64,000 nucleotides of DNA from Eledone cirrhosa (GCA_964016885.1 OZ024762.1:3782001-3846000); one strand, 5' to 3'; positions 13,130 through 27,131 are shown, counted from the first letter of the stretch. Numbers and translations are program-made. Notes: generated by a model not told the origin, from the sequence alone.

Positions 13130-13329
13130 CTTTAGAGAAGGAAGACAGGAAAATGAAGAATCAAGGTGTTAACTCAGGTTGTAAATAGGTGTTAGAGGTA
13201 GAAGACTGTATAACCAGGGTGGAATAGAAAGGTGTTAGACTCGTTACACAGTAGGTAGGTTGGTATTAATAATATATATATATATAGCTTGATGCCCTTC
13301 CCAGTATTCCGATGATTTGATCAGAGAGA

Positions 13330-13960
13330 CACACTGTATTTAAGGTTGAGTGACGCAGATTCGAGTTAGAATAAGGACGGGTTGAAAGAAGTTTAGGGAG
13401 CTGCTTCCTCTGCTGACGAAGAAGGGTTTCTCCCTGCGTACGAAAGGACGGTTATATGATACCTGTGCGAGGTGCGCGATGCTGCATGGTAGTGAGACAT
13501 GGGCAGCAACTGCAGAGGATTTGCGACGGCTGGAGAGAAATAAGGCAAGTTGGACGTGCAATGTCAATGTGTGTGAATGACCAAGCATGAATGTGTTAAG
13601 AGAGAAACTGTGTATAAGAGGGATAAGTTGTGTGTGAGAGAAGACTGTGATGGTATGGACATGTGATGCACATGGAGGATGACCGATGGGTGAAGAAGTG
13701 CCAAGAAATGCCACAAAGGCTGTGTGCAGGAGAGGCGGTTGCATTGGTATGGACATGTGATGCATATGAAGGATGTCTGCTTCATAAAAAGGTGCAGAGC
13801 ACTAGAAGTCGATGGAAACCGCGGAGTGGGGAGACCTAAGAAGACCTGGGATGAGGTGATAAAAGCCGACCTTACCCAATTACACCTCTCAAAGGCGATG
13901 ACACACGACCGTGACCGCTGGCGTCACGCAGTAATATAGAAGACCCGACCCCTGACGAGT
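13330..13960 (+). mobile_element. RTE LINE fragments (same family)
   Basis: Near-identical to 22930-23290, followed by a second RRLHWYGHVMHM...GRPKKTW segment. Confidence 0.8.
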
Positions 13961-14250
13961 ACAAGCCGAAGCTGAAGCATATAGACAATATGCCCCCACA
14001 CCCTCCCACTACAAAGTGGTCGTGGAGGTGCCCCGGCAAAAAAGCACCCAGCCCACACTGTAAATGAGGTTGGTGTTAGGAAGGGCATCCAGCTGTAGAA
14101 ATCAAGCCAAATCAGTTCCTGTATGAGCAAGACAAGGTCAGCCGACTGGACACTGCCCACAACAGGAAAACCTGTCTAACCCATGCTAGCATGGAAGAAC
14201 GGACGTAAAACAGTGATGATGATATATATATACACATATATATATACATT

Positions 14251-14296
<46 letters not shown>

Positions 14297-14365
14297 TATA
14301 TATACATACTTTTACATATACATACATATAGGGACACCAGAACCAGAAATGCAAGAACAACTTAC

Positions 14366-14487
14366 CTGGATTGTTGTGAATAACCATTTGACGTTGTTTT
14401 AGTGCAAAATCAAAGAATGCACTCAATGGCCTCTTGGGAGGTTTTGGTACCTCAACATTGGAACTTTCGTTGAACTGAGCCAGAGAT
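14366..14487 (-). CDS. TFAM: TFAM exon 2 (start of HMG box A)
   Basis: SLAQFNESSNVEVPKPPKRPLSAFFDFALKQRQMVIHNNP; AG/GT borders; PKRPLSAF HMG motif. Confidence 0.88.
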
Positions 14488-14525
14488 CTTTACAAGAAAT
14501 GAGAAGTAATAGAATAGAAATAAAA

Positions 14526-14725
14526 CACCCAGTCCACCTTGTATGGTAGTCTTATACAGCACCCAGTCCCCTCTGTATGGTAGTCTTATACAGCACCCAG
14601 TCCCCTCTGTATGGTAGTCTTATACAGCACCCAGTCCCCTCTGTATGGTAGTCTTATACAGCACCCAGTCCACCCTGTAAGGTAGTCTTATACAGCACCC
14701 AGTCCACCCTGTAAGGTAGTCTTAT
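14526..14725. repeat. 34-bp tandem array, about 6 copies
   Basis: cacccagtcccctctgtatggtagtcttatacag; related to the 48-bp unit family. Confidence 0.85.
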
Positions 14726-15650
14726 GTATATATGTACGTATGTTTATGTATGTATATATATGAACGTGTGTGTGTGTGTAAGTATGTATATATATGAACG
14801 TGTGTGTACATACACATGTACAGGGACATGGAAATACTCGGTTCGGTGCCCGAGCACGCGGTTAGCCCACGGGGACTGTAAGACCCCTAGTTCTTGTTAG
14901 GACTTCATTTTAGGAGAAGGAAAACTCTGATGTAAACCCCGCGACCTAACGTCAGCCAATGATGTCAAGGATGTTGATCTGTCCTTCTTTTTGGATACCT
15001 GTCACCGTTGTCCAAGCACGAGCATCACTTGATGTAAACAACTTTCACGTGTGTTACGTGAGCATGGCCTTTTCTTTTTTCTTTCGCCACAGCATATGCA
15101 GAAAGGAATCTAAGTCCTTGGCAGATCTACAAAGCCATGTTCGTACCACCAATGTATGAGAAAAATGTCAAGGGATGGCAATTCTCGAAACTGAAATGCA
15201 GCTATTATGTATGTATGTATCTATGTATGTATACAAGTATGTAGTGTGTATGTATGTATGTATCTATGTATGTAGTATGTAGTGTGTATGTATGTATATA
15301 TGTATATATTTATGTATGTACCCAAAAGCGGAGTAGACACGATGATTTTGGTGAACAGGACGAGATATTTTCATTTCTTTTTACTGAGATGTATTATCAA
15401 TGCTACCACTTAGAGGTTAACAGCTATGGTTTATTTTACTCCAATAAAATCAAGGGAAAAAAAAAATATTAATCCCCCAAACACTTAAAAATATACACAC
15501 AAGTCTTAAACCACGTCAGGTGCGCTGGATTAAGTTATTCAAAGTTGTAAAACACACACAAGGAAGATTAATGCAAGAATTATATATTAAAAAAATATTA
15601 ATGTTATAAATAACATAGGGTAAAATATATTTGAAACCAATCTAACTAAC

Positions 15651-15721
15651 CTCGAAACACAGTTGTACGTTAGTCTTGTTGATGAGCGGACTGTAAAGAA
15701 CGTTAGTAACTTCAGCGCCAT
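15651..15721 (-). CDS. TFAM: Mitochondrial transcription factor A, exon 1 (mitochondrial targeting peptide)
   Basis: ATG at 15721. MALKLLTFFTVRSSTRLTYNCVSR is R/S/T/L-rich with no acidic residues. Donor AG|gttagt; phase 2 matches the next exon. Confidence 0.75.
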
Positions 15722-16455
15722 TGTTAATGTTGCAAGGGAGATAACACGCTTTTTATAAATCACAACAATAACACTTAGAAGACATTTCTACTACTACTAT
15801 TACTACCACTTATATATATATATACCTTGTCTTCTGCTTCTTCTCCTCCCACCACCTCTGCTGTTCTCATTATTCGTTGCCGTTGTTATATAGCTGGAAC
15901 CGTTGGAGCATCGGACAAATGCAGTGTTTGCTCTGAATTCAAATCCCACCGAGATTAGCTTTACTTTTCATATATGAGGGTCGATAAAATAATAATAATA
16001 ATTGTTTCTACTTTAGGCACAAGGCCAGCAATTATCCAGTGCATTACTGGTACTTTATTTTATCGACCCCGTATGGATGAAAGGCAAAGTCAACCTCGGC
16101 GGGATTTGAACTCAGATCGTTAAGGGACGTAACTATGCTGGAAAGCATGGCGTCCGACCCTCTACCGATACTGCCAATCCAATGAGCTCGAGTGAAGTAT
16201 CAAAATAGCATCATTGTGTTTATTCACGTGTGACGCGCGTTTCATGATCGATCAGCTCGAGGTCCTATCGGTATTGATCGCTCCCGACTCTGAAATCGAG
16301 AACTGGCGTTGCACGGGATAAGGTATTTTGGAACGCGGGCCGCCAACAGACCTAATCGTGGAATAACTGCATGCCTGGACATTATGTAAAGAAAATAAAC
16401 CAAATACTCTGATGGCTGGATAATCTTTAAGATTTTCCTCGATGAAGCAGAAATA

Positions 16456-17079
16456 ATGCAGGTTTTCACCTAATGCGGGCCCTAGGCCATAAAAAAAGTT
16501 GGATTTTCTTTGCTCACAGTATGAAGAAGAGACTGACTAATACATAGTTACAATTTCAAGGAAATCGGTCTGACGTAACGCCTAAAAAAAACCCCTAAAA
16601 AGCTTTAAAAACGCAGTTTTTCACCTAATGATCTAGGAGATCAAAAAAGTTGAATTTTGTTATGTGCATAACACACCCTGAAACATAAGTAATACACATG
16701 TAAAGTTTGAAAAAAGTCGGTTGGGTACTTCTCGAGTTTTAGGGATTCAAACTCACACACACACGCACACACATACATCCTCAGGGAAGTGACACAATGC
16801 AGACAGGCAGACATACAGACAGATATTATAAGGGCGCGACGTTATATGTACGTATCTATCTAAAAAGAGAAAGACTAAGAATTATAGAGAGAGATCACTA
16901 AATCGCCTAATGTGGTCCTAGGGCATTAAAAATTTGAAATGTATTTGCTCAGAATACTCCCTGAAACATAAGTATTACATGTGTAAAGTTTGAAAACAGT
17001 CGGTTGGGTGGTTCTCGAGTTTTAGCGATTCAAACTCACACACACACAGACAGACATCCTCAGTTTTATATATATAGAT
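16456..17079. mobile_element. Helitron/DINE-like non-autonomous element with internal repeats
   Basis: Three related cacctaatg...ctagg...aaaaaagtt units, an (AC)n/acag microsatellite and a terminal ttttatatatatagat. Confidence 0.45.
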
Positions 17080-17686
17080 TACTCACCCCAAGCCACTAAA
17101 CTACAAAGGGTTACCGAGAAACGAAAAAAAGGAGAAGGTCAAGACATAACATAATTCAAGGAGAGAGGAGACGATTGATGTTGCTTTTGAATTTTTATGT
17201 GTGGGTGAGAGAGAGAGAGAGAGAGAGAGAGGAGGAGGAAGAAGAAAGAGAGGAAGAGTGAAAAAGGGGAGGGAGACAGAGATGGGGAGAAATAGGAAGT
17301 GCGAAAGCTGAAGAGAGAGAGAGAGAGGGGGAGAAACAGAAAGGGGGAGAGAGAGAGAATGGAGCGCGTGTGTTTATATTGTACGTCGTGTAGAGAAGAA
17401 AATAAACAACGATAGTGAAAGTAATGTTTACGATAGAGTCAATCCAACTGAACGACTTCATTCATATTAAATATTTTATTTATTTATTTATTTTTGCACT
17501 CCGTTCATTCAATTCCAGCATAATTAGGAAATTGCTAAGCAACGGTTTGTCGTCACAGCGACTACGTCACATTGCCCCGCCTACAAAATGTCAATTATAA
17601 TTACACACACAAACACGCACGCGCGTGCACACAGATACTCGCATACAAATACACAATCAGATTTATACACACACACACAGATACCC

Positions 17687-17722
<36 letters not shown>

Positions 17723-18052
17723 CACACAGATACACCCACACATCCACAGACACATAAACACTCAAATACACACACACAGGCACGTACACATACAAACTGA
17801 CATACACAGACACAGATAAACACCCACACACAGATAGTCAGACCTACCCCCTCCCCACACAGCCATACACACACACACACACACAGCTATACACACACAC
17901 ACACAGATATACACACATACACAAACATACAATCCCCATACACATACAGCTATACACACACAGACACAGAAACATACACGCTCCAAACGTAAATATATAC
18001 ACACACAGACATACATACATCCCCATACAAACACAGCTATACACATACACAA

Positions 18053-18083
<31 letters not shown>

Positions 18084-18293
18084 AATGCGCGCGCGTATAA
18101 CTAAGATATTCAAGGGAGGTAACCCTGATACTATTTCGGAGTCACCGAATTAACATCCAGTCTGTCAAACGATAAGTCACTTGTTAAGACTGAAATTCAT
18201 CAGTTATCGATACCAAATTCTCCATCTTTAAAACAACAACAAAACAGCCCAGATTTACTTTTCCTCTTGATCTCTCTTCGTCATACATTCCTC

Positions 18294-18633
18294 ATGTTTC
18301 CTTCGTCAGACTCCCCGAGACGATATAAAAGGCTTGGTAATAATTCCTCCTTTACATCTTCTGGGCCGTTTTTTGTTCGGTTCTTGGGTATCGTTTCGCT
18401 TCTGTTGCTATCTACAGCGACTGAAAGAAGCGAGGCAGCTGTTCCGGATCTTACATTCTCCTCAAATGCCGACTTCGTCCATCACAACTATGAACAGATG
18501 ATCGCTCTGTTGGATGAGGTCCATAGCAAATGCCCTGAAATCACTCTGGTCTACAACCCACCCGGACATTCAGTCGAAGGAAGAAATTTAACTGTCATTG
18601 AATTCAGTGACGATCCTGGCAAACATATCGCAG
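18294..18633 (+). CDS. CPE: Carboxypeptidase E-like (M14B) exon 1: signal-like segment and start of the catalytic domain
   Basis: ATG at 18294; hydrophobic FFVRFLGIVSLLLLSTA; FVHHNYEQM...CPEITLVY...SVEGRNLTVIEFSDDPGKH; CAG|gtaagt donor. Confidence 0.85.
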
Positions 18634-19841
18634 GTAAGTTGGTTGGTTATTTATTTTACATATATACCTCTTCTTCTTCTTCTTCTTCTTCTTCTTCTTC
18701 TTCTTCTTCTTCTTTTTCTTCTTTTTTTTTTCTTCTTCTTCTTCTTCTTCTTCTTCTTCTTCTTCTTCTTCTTCTTCTTCTTCTTCTTCTTTTTCTTCTT
18801 TTTCTTCTTTTTCTTCTTTTTCTTCTTCTTCTTCTTCTTCTTCTTCTCACCGTTATTATTGGTGTTGTTGTTGTCTCTGTCGATGTCGTTGTTGTTGTAG
18901 CAGAATTAGTGGAGCACTTAACGAAATATTTTGTGATATTTAATTAAAGTCTCTTCTTTACGTTTCTAACTAAGTTCAAATCCCGGCGAGGTCGACTTTG
19001 CTCTCCGCCATTCTAGGACCGATAAAACAAGGTCCTGTCTAATACTTCGATTTAAACGTCTATCTAGTCGTCACCTCTAAACCTGTGGCCGCCTGTCTAT
19101 GACGAAGAGAATATATCAAGTAATACTACTTCTATATTTATAAACACAGTATCTAGTATTTCCCATAACGAATAACATTTACAAAATAATGTTTCTACTT
19201 TTGGCACAAGGCCAGCAATTAATCCAGTACATTACTGGTACTTTATTTTTCGATCCTGTAAGGATGAAAAACAAAGTTAACCTTGGCGGAATTTGAACTT
19301 AAAATGTAAAGGGACATTATTAATAATAATAATAATAATAGTTGTTGTATTTAGGCACAAGGCCAGCAATGTTTTGGGTGGGGGGAAAGTCGATTAAATC
19401 GACCCCAGTGCGTTACTGGTACTTTATTTTATCGACCCCGTAAGGATGAAAGGCAAAGTTAACCTCGGCGGGATTTGAACAATAATAATAATAATAATAA
19501 TAACAATAATAATAATAATTTCTTTATTGGCCACAAGAGCCGACAATAAAATCGAGTAAAAATATATATAAAATTATATAAAATATAAATTCGCCAAAAG
19601 GGGATGGGGTAGCAACTACTCAGGTACTCCACTAATTCTGAACCTCCCGACGCAATAATAATAATAACAATAATAATGATTTCTTTATTGGCCACAAGGG
19701 CTGACATCAAGAAAAACATTACAGACGACACAGGACGGTACGATGTGGGTTTTGGGCTGTAAAGATTTTTATTATTTATATAAAGATTTTATTTAAAAGA
19801 TTTTATTTATAAGAAACGAAAAAGAAAAAAAAAGACATAGA

Positions 19842-19883
<42 letters not shown>

Positions 19884-19968
19884 TCTATGTCTTTTTTTTT
19901 CTTTTTCGTTTCCCCCTCCCCCCTTCCCTATTGGGGAATTTTTCATTGTTTGAATTTTCATTTTTATT

Positions 19969-20022
<54 letters not shown>

Positions 20023-20382
20023 AATAACAATGAAAATTCAAATAATGAAAAATTCCCCAATAGGGAAGGGGGGAGGGGGAAACAATATTGAAGATAGAAG
20101 TCATTATTTTTTCATAACATATTTCGATCGAATTCTTAGACATCGATATATTTGACAGACCTGAATTTTTTATAACTCAAATCTGAAACAGCCAGATGGT
20201 GTGACACCTGGATTATTCTAAGAAATACCTTTATTAACGATATTAACGATTGTTTAATCCTGACAGTAATTATAGATACTTTCCGAGGTTTACAGATTTT
20301 TACTTCCATATTGAGCGACTCATTTTGTATTCATGTAAGCAATATGTTGAGAATATCATGATGCGTATATGTATGTATGTAG

Positions 20383-20424
<42 letters not shown>

Positions 20425-20535
20425 ATATATTATAATATTATATACATGCACACAAATATACATACACACACATATATGCAAACATGTATGTATGCATGTG
20501 TGTGTATATGTATATATACATACATACACACACAC

Positions 20536-20571
<36 letters not shown>

Positions 20572-20588
20572 ATGTGTGTGTATGTATG

Positions 20589-20619
<31 letters not shown>

Positions 20620-20699
20620 ATCCCGGCTTCAATTGGGGGGTAACCACAGTAAGTACGGTACTCAATACATAGCAGAGTATAAATATTTAATTTAGAAAT

Positions 20700-20750
20700 G
20701 GCTTCTACAGGACTAGATCTGTTTCATTCGAAGGAAATCATCAGGAACCC
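20700..20750 (-). ncRNA. Type I hammerhead ribozyme motif (same family as 60174-60225)
   Basis: Reverse complement: ggttc CTGATGA tttccttcgaat GAAA cag atctagtc ctg TA gaagcc. Confidence 0.65.
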
Positions 20751-20858
20751 CCACCCCCGGCTTTCCTGTATGAGCAAGACAAGGTCAGCCGACCAGACAC
20801 TGCTCACAACCCGTCTAACCCATGCTAGCGTGGAAGAATGGAAGTAAAACGGTGATGA

Positions 20859-20913
<55 letters not shown>

Positions 20914-22617
20914 AGCTGGCCCGTCTGGCTGGCGTCCGGCTAGGTATACCTGCCCCACCACTCCATTGAGTGGTGGGGCAGGTATCAAAGATACCACACA
21001 CCCCTCCCTTGTCACATTGTCCTTCCAACTCTCTCTCTCTCTCTCTCTGAATAACTAACACTTTAATTGTATCTCTTTCTGTCTAACGGCCTATCTCTCT
21101 CTTTCTCTGTGTGTATATGCGAGTATATGTGTATGAGTGTTTTTATATGTGTGTGTGTACTATGTATGAGTGTGTACATACACATATATATATGTATGTA
21201 TAGGTGTGTATATGTAGATATATATATATATAAATATACGTGTATATGATTGTGTGCACATGTGTAGATGTATGTATATGTTTGCATCTATTTATATGTA
21301 TGTATATTTTTACTTGAGTATCAATATAACTGTACCTCTATCTATAATGTGGGTATATGTACTTTGTGATCTATGAAATTTATGTGTTTTAACTATGTCA
21401 ACATGTATTTATCTGAGTTTGATACATAGACATACTTGAAAGTATTTTAAGGCGTATCATACGCTGTATTATACTAAGTGCAATTTACCACACCGTACTA
21501 TATTGTGTTACATTATATTATATTATTATATAGGGTGTTGGATTGGCAGTATCGGTAGAGGGTCGGACGCCATGCTTTGACACATAGTGTTACGGCCCTT
21601 GCCATTCAGAGTTCAAATCCCGCCGAGGGTAACTTTGCCTTTCATCCTAACGGGGTCGATAAAATAAAGTACCAGTAATACACTGGGATAATTGCTGGCC
21701 TTGTGCCAAAAGTAGAAACAATTATATTATATTATTGTCATTCTTTGTTCATTCTGAGTTCAAATCCCGCCGAGGTTAACTTTGCCTTTCATCCTTACGG
21801 GGTCGATAAAATAAAGTACCAGTAATGTACTGGGATAATTGCTGGCGTTGTGCCAAAAAGTAAAAACAATTATCTTATTATAATTTTCATCTTTTAATAT
21901 ACTATCTTTCCTAGCCATGACCTTAATTTATATTCACCTAAAAACTCCACACAACACAACTCAACATTTAATTTTTACATTCCTTTTAAACTTCGATATA
22001 CCAGATACACTCAACTATCAATTTGACAATCCCTTTCTTCCTAATAGATGTTTTATAGCAATTCTATTATTAATACCATTCAACCATTCCTTTCAAAAGG
22101 TCATGACCTCAACTAAAGTAAATTATTTTTCATCATATGGAAAAAAACAATCTGATTGGTTAGTTCTTCAGCTACCTCCAAATAAGGTCATAGAAGTAAA
22201 CTTACTACCAATTTAAAACTAATTTTGAATAAAATGATTATTGCTTTTGACAACAGCTGGTGACATGCATGTAAGTAAATACTCTCTTTATCTGATATTT
22301 TGTAACTAACCTTATATAGATCAATAACGAAGTATAGTTACAATGTATTATCATCACCTAGAAACGATCTTAAAGCAGTGAAGTATATTTCTAATGACTT
22401 GATTTTTTATTTCATTGTTTTAACTTATATCATGACTCTGTTTTCCTTTTAATGTTTTATTGTTTTCCGGGATTTATTTTAACCTACAACTTTTTCAACA
22501 TATGGATTAGTTCTTCATGCAGACTAGACCCCACAACTTACCGTGGATATCTCTGTGTATATATATATATATATATACTGAAGTAAAAGTTAAGTGGAAA
22601 TATCCAAGAGTAAGAAC

Positions 22618-23487
22618 ACTCAGTCCATAGGACAAGTTTAGTATAAATAATTACAACAGTGACATATATATTGCAGAAAAGGAACTGGCATAAATTCTAT
22701 AAAATGCACATAATGCAGATCTTGGGTACACAAGAGATGTAGCGGGATAGCAGGCAAACTAACAGATAGGGAGAAATACGTATGCAGTAGATGTACAAGG
22801 AAATTAGACAGTAGAAGTCGCATTGATAGACAAATTTTTCAAATGCAGGTGGGTGCTATAGAAGTGATTGATAGCTTCCAGTACCTAGGAGATCAGATTA
22901 GCATGGGAGGGGGGTTGTTCCGAGGCCATCGTATCTAGAATAAGGATGGTTTGGAAGAAGTTTAGGGAGCTGCTTCCTCTGCTGACGAAGAAGGGTTTCT
23001 CCCTGCGTACGAAAGGCCGGTTATATGATGCCTGTGTGAGGAGCGCGATGCTGCATGGTAGTGAGACATGGGCAGCAACTGCAGAGGATATGCGACGGCT
23101 GGAGAGAAATGAGGCATACATGCTCCGTTGGATGTGCAATGTCAATGTACGTGAACGACCAAGCATGAATGTGTTAAGAGAGAAACTGTGTCTGAGAGGG
23201 ACAGATTATAGTGTGCGAGAGAGGAGACTGAGGTGGTATGGACATGTGATGCGCATGGAAGATGACCAATGGGTGAAGAAGTGCCAGGAAATGCCAGTTG
23301 AAGGAAGATGTGGTAGAGGTAGACCACAAAAAACATGGGCGGAGGGGGTGAGAGCAGACCTCAGATCGCTGAAGCTCACGGTGGAGATGACGAAGGACTG
23401 TGACAAGTGGAGAGATGCTGTGCTGAATAGGACCCGTCCCACCCAGCAAGCAGGGAAAAGCAGACATAAAATGATGATGATGATGAT
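22618..23487 (+). mobile_element. RTE-clade LINE 3' fragment with (ATG)n tail
   Basis: WKKFRELLPLLT...KGRLYDACVRSAMLHGSETW...RRLRWYGHVMRM...GRGRPQKTW; tail ends ATGATGATG into (TA)n. Confidence 0.88.
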
Positions 23488-24429
23488 ATATATATTCAAA
23501 CAGAACTCAAAACGATAAGTTCTTGTTTTGAATATGTCACTATCTGTAAAACAACTTTTATATTTTATCTGAGAGCGTACCAAAAATGTTGGTACCCTTG
23601 AAATATATATAATAAAATAAATATGGTTTTATAAAGATAGTTTCCATTTATTAATATTATTGATATATATATATATCATAAACTAATGAGAGAGCTTGCA
23701 CACAAGAAATAGCAGCCAAATCTCCCTCAAATCACATTCCACAGATTAAAAAAATTGTAATCTTCCATATTAAAAAAACAATAAATATATATATATAAAA
23801 ATAACAAAACAACAACGGAATGTTTACGGTGGGAATAGCTTTTGAGTTATAGGTCAGCTTAGCGAGGACTGCCGTGATGTTAAATTGCTGCAACCATATG
23901 GTGCTGGGTTTAGCATCATTGTCATCACCATCATCACCATCATCATCAATAGCATCCCCACTACCATCACCATCACTACCACCACTACAACCACCACCAT
24001 TATCATCATTGTCATTTATCAATAGCACCACCAATACCACCATCATCACTGCCACCACTACAACCACCATCACCACAACCACCACCATCATCATCAACTT
24101 CCTTTCACCTTTTTATTACCATATTTTTAATGAAATACACTGCCTAAATCTTCTAATTTATTTTTTTAAATAACCAAAATTTTGGAGGAATTTAATAAGA
24201 TAACTAAGTTACCAGAGCAGGTGACTCATTGTATCCTTGAGCAAGACACTTCATTTCACATTGCTCCAGTTCACTCAGGCTTGTTATATCAGTCACTTAA
24301 CACCAAGGAAACTCAGATAACCTATGGCCTTATGAACTTCTCGGTTTAGGACAAACTTAAACTTTTTTTCTTTACATATTTTGATACGAAAACATCTGAA
24401 ATGGCGCCTAGTTTGTTTTAATCCTTTGC

Positions 24430-25100
24430 CATTTACATTACTCTATATATACTATTGTATTTTCACGGTAAAGGCTTTACCTCACATAATATCTCACATA
24501 ACATTTACATTACTCTATATATACTATTGTATTTTCACAGTAAAGGCTTTACCTCACATAATATCTCACATAACATTTACATTACTCTATATATACTATT
24601 GTATTTTCACGGTAAAGGCTTTACCTCACATAATATCTCACATAACATTTACATTACTCTATATATACTATTGTATTTTCACGGTAAAGGCTTTACCTCA
24701 CATAATATCTCACATAACATTTACATTACTCTATATATACTATTGTATTTTCACGGTAAAGGCTTTACCTCACATAATATCTCACATAACATTTACATTA
24801 CTCTATATATACTATTGTATTTTCACGGTAAAGGCTTTACCTCACATAATATCTCACATAACATTTACATTACTCTATATATACTATTGTATTTTCACAG
24901 TAAAGGCTTTACCTCACATAATATCTCACATAACATTTACATTACTCTATATATACTATTGTATTTTCACAGTAAAGGCTTTACCTCACATAATATCTCA
25001 CATAACATTTACATTACTCTATATATACTATTGTATTTTCACAGTAAAGGCTTTACTTCACATAACATTTACATTATATATACTATTGTATTTTCACGGT
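24430..25100. repeat. 72-bp tandem array, about 9 copies
   Basis: Unit equals the left end of the TTAA MITE (catttacattactctatatatactattg...). Confidence 0.92.
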
Positions 25101-25734
25101 AAAGAACATCATTGCCAAGAACAACTTCTTTTTCTTCATTTTCTTCAACACTGGAGGAATCTTTGTCACTAATATCAGGAGGTTCTCCAAAGACAGGAGC
25201 TAGAATTTCATCACAATGAGCTACAGGACGATGTGCTGATTCAAGATCAGGATACTTAAGGCTGCTCAGGTTCTTTCTGTAGATCCTTGTCAAATCAATA
25301 GCACAGAAGTAGCAGTCAGTGCCATGGTTTGTCGGCTCCCTCCAAACTTCAGACAACTCTTCTTGCCCTTAGTCCAATGACGCAGATATTCGGTGCATGT
25401 CTTGCACACCATTATGTTACCCAAGCTTTATCCTGGTCACCATGTTTCATACCAAAATAAGCATGGTAAGCACACTTTATGGAACTTGTAACTGGATTCC
25501 TGTTAGGAACAACGGTGTATTCGCTGCAGAAGAAATAAGAAAGAATTTTGCATCATATAAATAGAAAATACCCACATGTGTAAACAAAAATGTAAAAAAA
25601 CCATCATGTGGCAATACATCAAAAAGTTGACCTGATTGAGAAAAACCAATGTGATTTTTGGATTCAACACATCAAAATTGTCCTAAATTGACTAAAAAAA
25701 ACTTAGACAATAAATTTGGTGTTGGCCAGCGTTA
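25100..25734 (-). mobile_element. DNA transposon remnant, Cys/His-rich N-terminal region (superfamily not assigned)
   Basis: VWREPTNHGTDCYFC...YPDLESAHRPVAH, preceded by degenerate AYHAYFG...GDQDK...CKTC; typical of invertebrate transposon-derived ORFs. Confidence 0.6.
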
Positions 25735-26344
25735 TATATCATTTTAATTAATTTACGACTGTTTCATCCGTATATTGAGTTAATAATTAATTACAAATTA
25801 ATTAATTAAATACAAAAAACTGGCATCATTAGAACTATTAAGATGATGAAAATATAAATTAATTGTTACCTCGTCAATATTACATTTTGAAGTTAACATG
25901 AGTACATCCATTGTGCTCATATGTTATGCTCTCAGAGCACGCCCACTCCATTGCTAATTACGTTGCCTAGATAGTAGAAGCTATCAATCACTTCTTTGGG
26001 TCATTCCTGGAGTAGGCTTGTAAAGGGTTGGTGGGGGTTGTATGTAAAGGGTTAAAGCTTTGAGGAGGGTACCTGACAATGTTCTAGAAGAGATTTAACT
26101 GCTGCAAGGGAAAGACTAAACTCCCTCATCTACCACCACACAGTCCTTGTTGTTATCACTGTTGTTGTTGTTGTGATAGTAGTAGTAGTAGTAGTGGTAG
26201 TAGTGGTAGTGGTAGTAGTAGTACTAGTAATGGTAGTAGTAGTAGCAGTAATGGTAGTGGTAGTAGTAGTAGTAGCAGCAGTAGTAATGGTGGTGGTGGT
26301 AGTAGTAGTAATGGTAGTAGTAGTAGTAGTAGTAGCAGTAGTAA

Positions 26345-26376
<32 letters not shown>

Positions 26377-26425
26377 ATGGTAGTAGTAGTAGTAGCAATG
26401 GTAGTAGTAGTAGTAGTAGTAGTAA

Positions 26426-26457
<32 letters not shown>

Positions 26458-26764
26458 ATGGTGGTAGTAGTAGTAGCAGTAGTAGTAGTAGTAGTAGTAC
26501 TAGTAGTAATGGTGGTAGTAGTAGTAGTAGTACTAGTAGTAATGGTGGTAGTAGTAGTAGTAGTAGTAATGGTGGTAGTAGCAGTAGTAGTAGCAGTACT
26601 AGTAATGGTAGTGGTAGTAGTAGTAGTAACAGCAGTAGTAATGGTGGTGGTAGTAGTAGTAGTAGTAGTAGCAGCAGTAGTAATGGTGGTGGTAGTAGTA
26701 GTAGTAGTAGCAGCAGTAGTAATGGTGGTGGTAGTAATAGTAGTAGTAGTAGTAGTAGTAGTAA

Positions 26765-26805
<41 letters not shown>

Positions 26806-27131
26806 ATGGTAGTAGTTGGAGTAGTAATAGTGATGGTAGGGGTTGTTTTTGTAGTAGTAGTAGGGGTTGTTTTTATTCTTGTTATTGTTGTTGTTGTAGG
26901 ACTATTTGTCCAGTGACCCAGTTCCTAAATCAAGGTAAATCTAATGTAAATATATCTACATTTGCCTTCACTCTGAAAACAATCAAGTGTAAATACTTTT
27001 TACTGTTCCTCTGTACACAAATGGTTTTTCTGTGTACAGAGCAACAGTGAAAAGTGTTGATATTTCAATCTGTTTACGTCAAGACTTCTAGTTAAAATAT
27101 CTGTGGTTAGTATGCCTACATTAAATTTACC

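Noticed and set aside
14830-14960. RTE 5'-UTR-like segment (ggagaaggaaaactctga), considered for an HDV-like ribozyme
   Set aside because: Could not trace the nested double pseudoknot by eye.
16242-16469. 75-aa ORF in a CpG-richer patch between TFAM and CPE
   Set aside because: No recognisable domain or splice partners; adjacent to a Helitron-like repeat.
24381-25172. 263-aa repetitive hydrophobic ORF
   Set aside because: 72-bp array derived from a MITE end.
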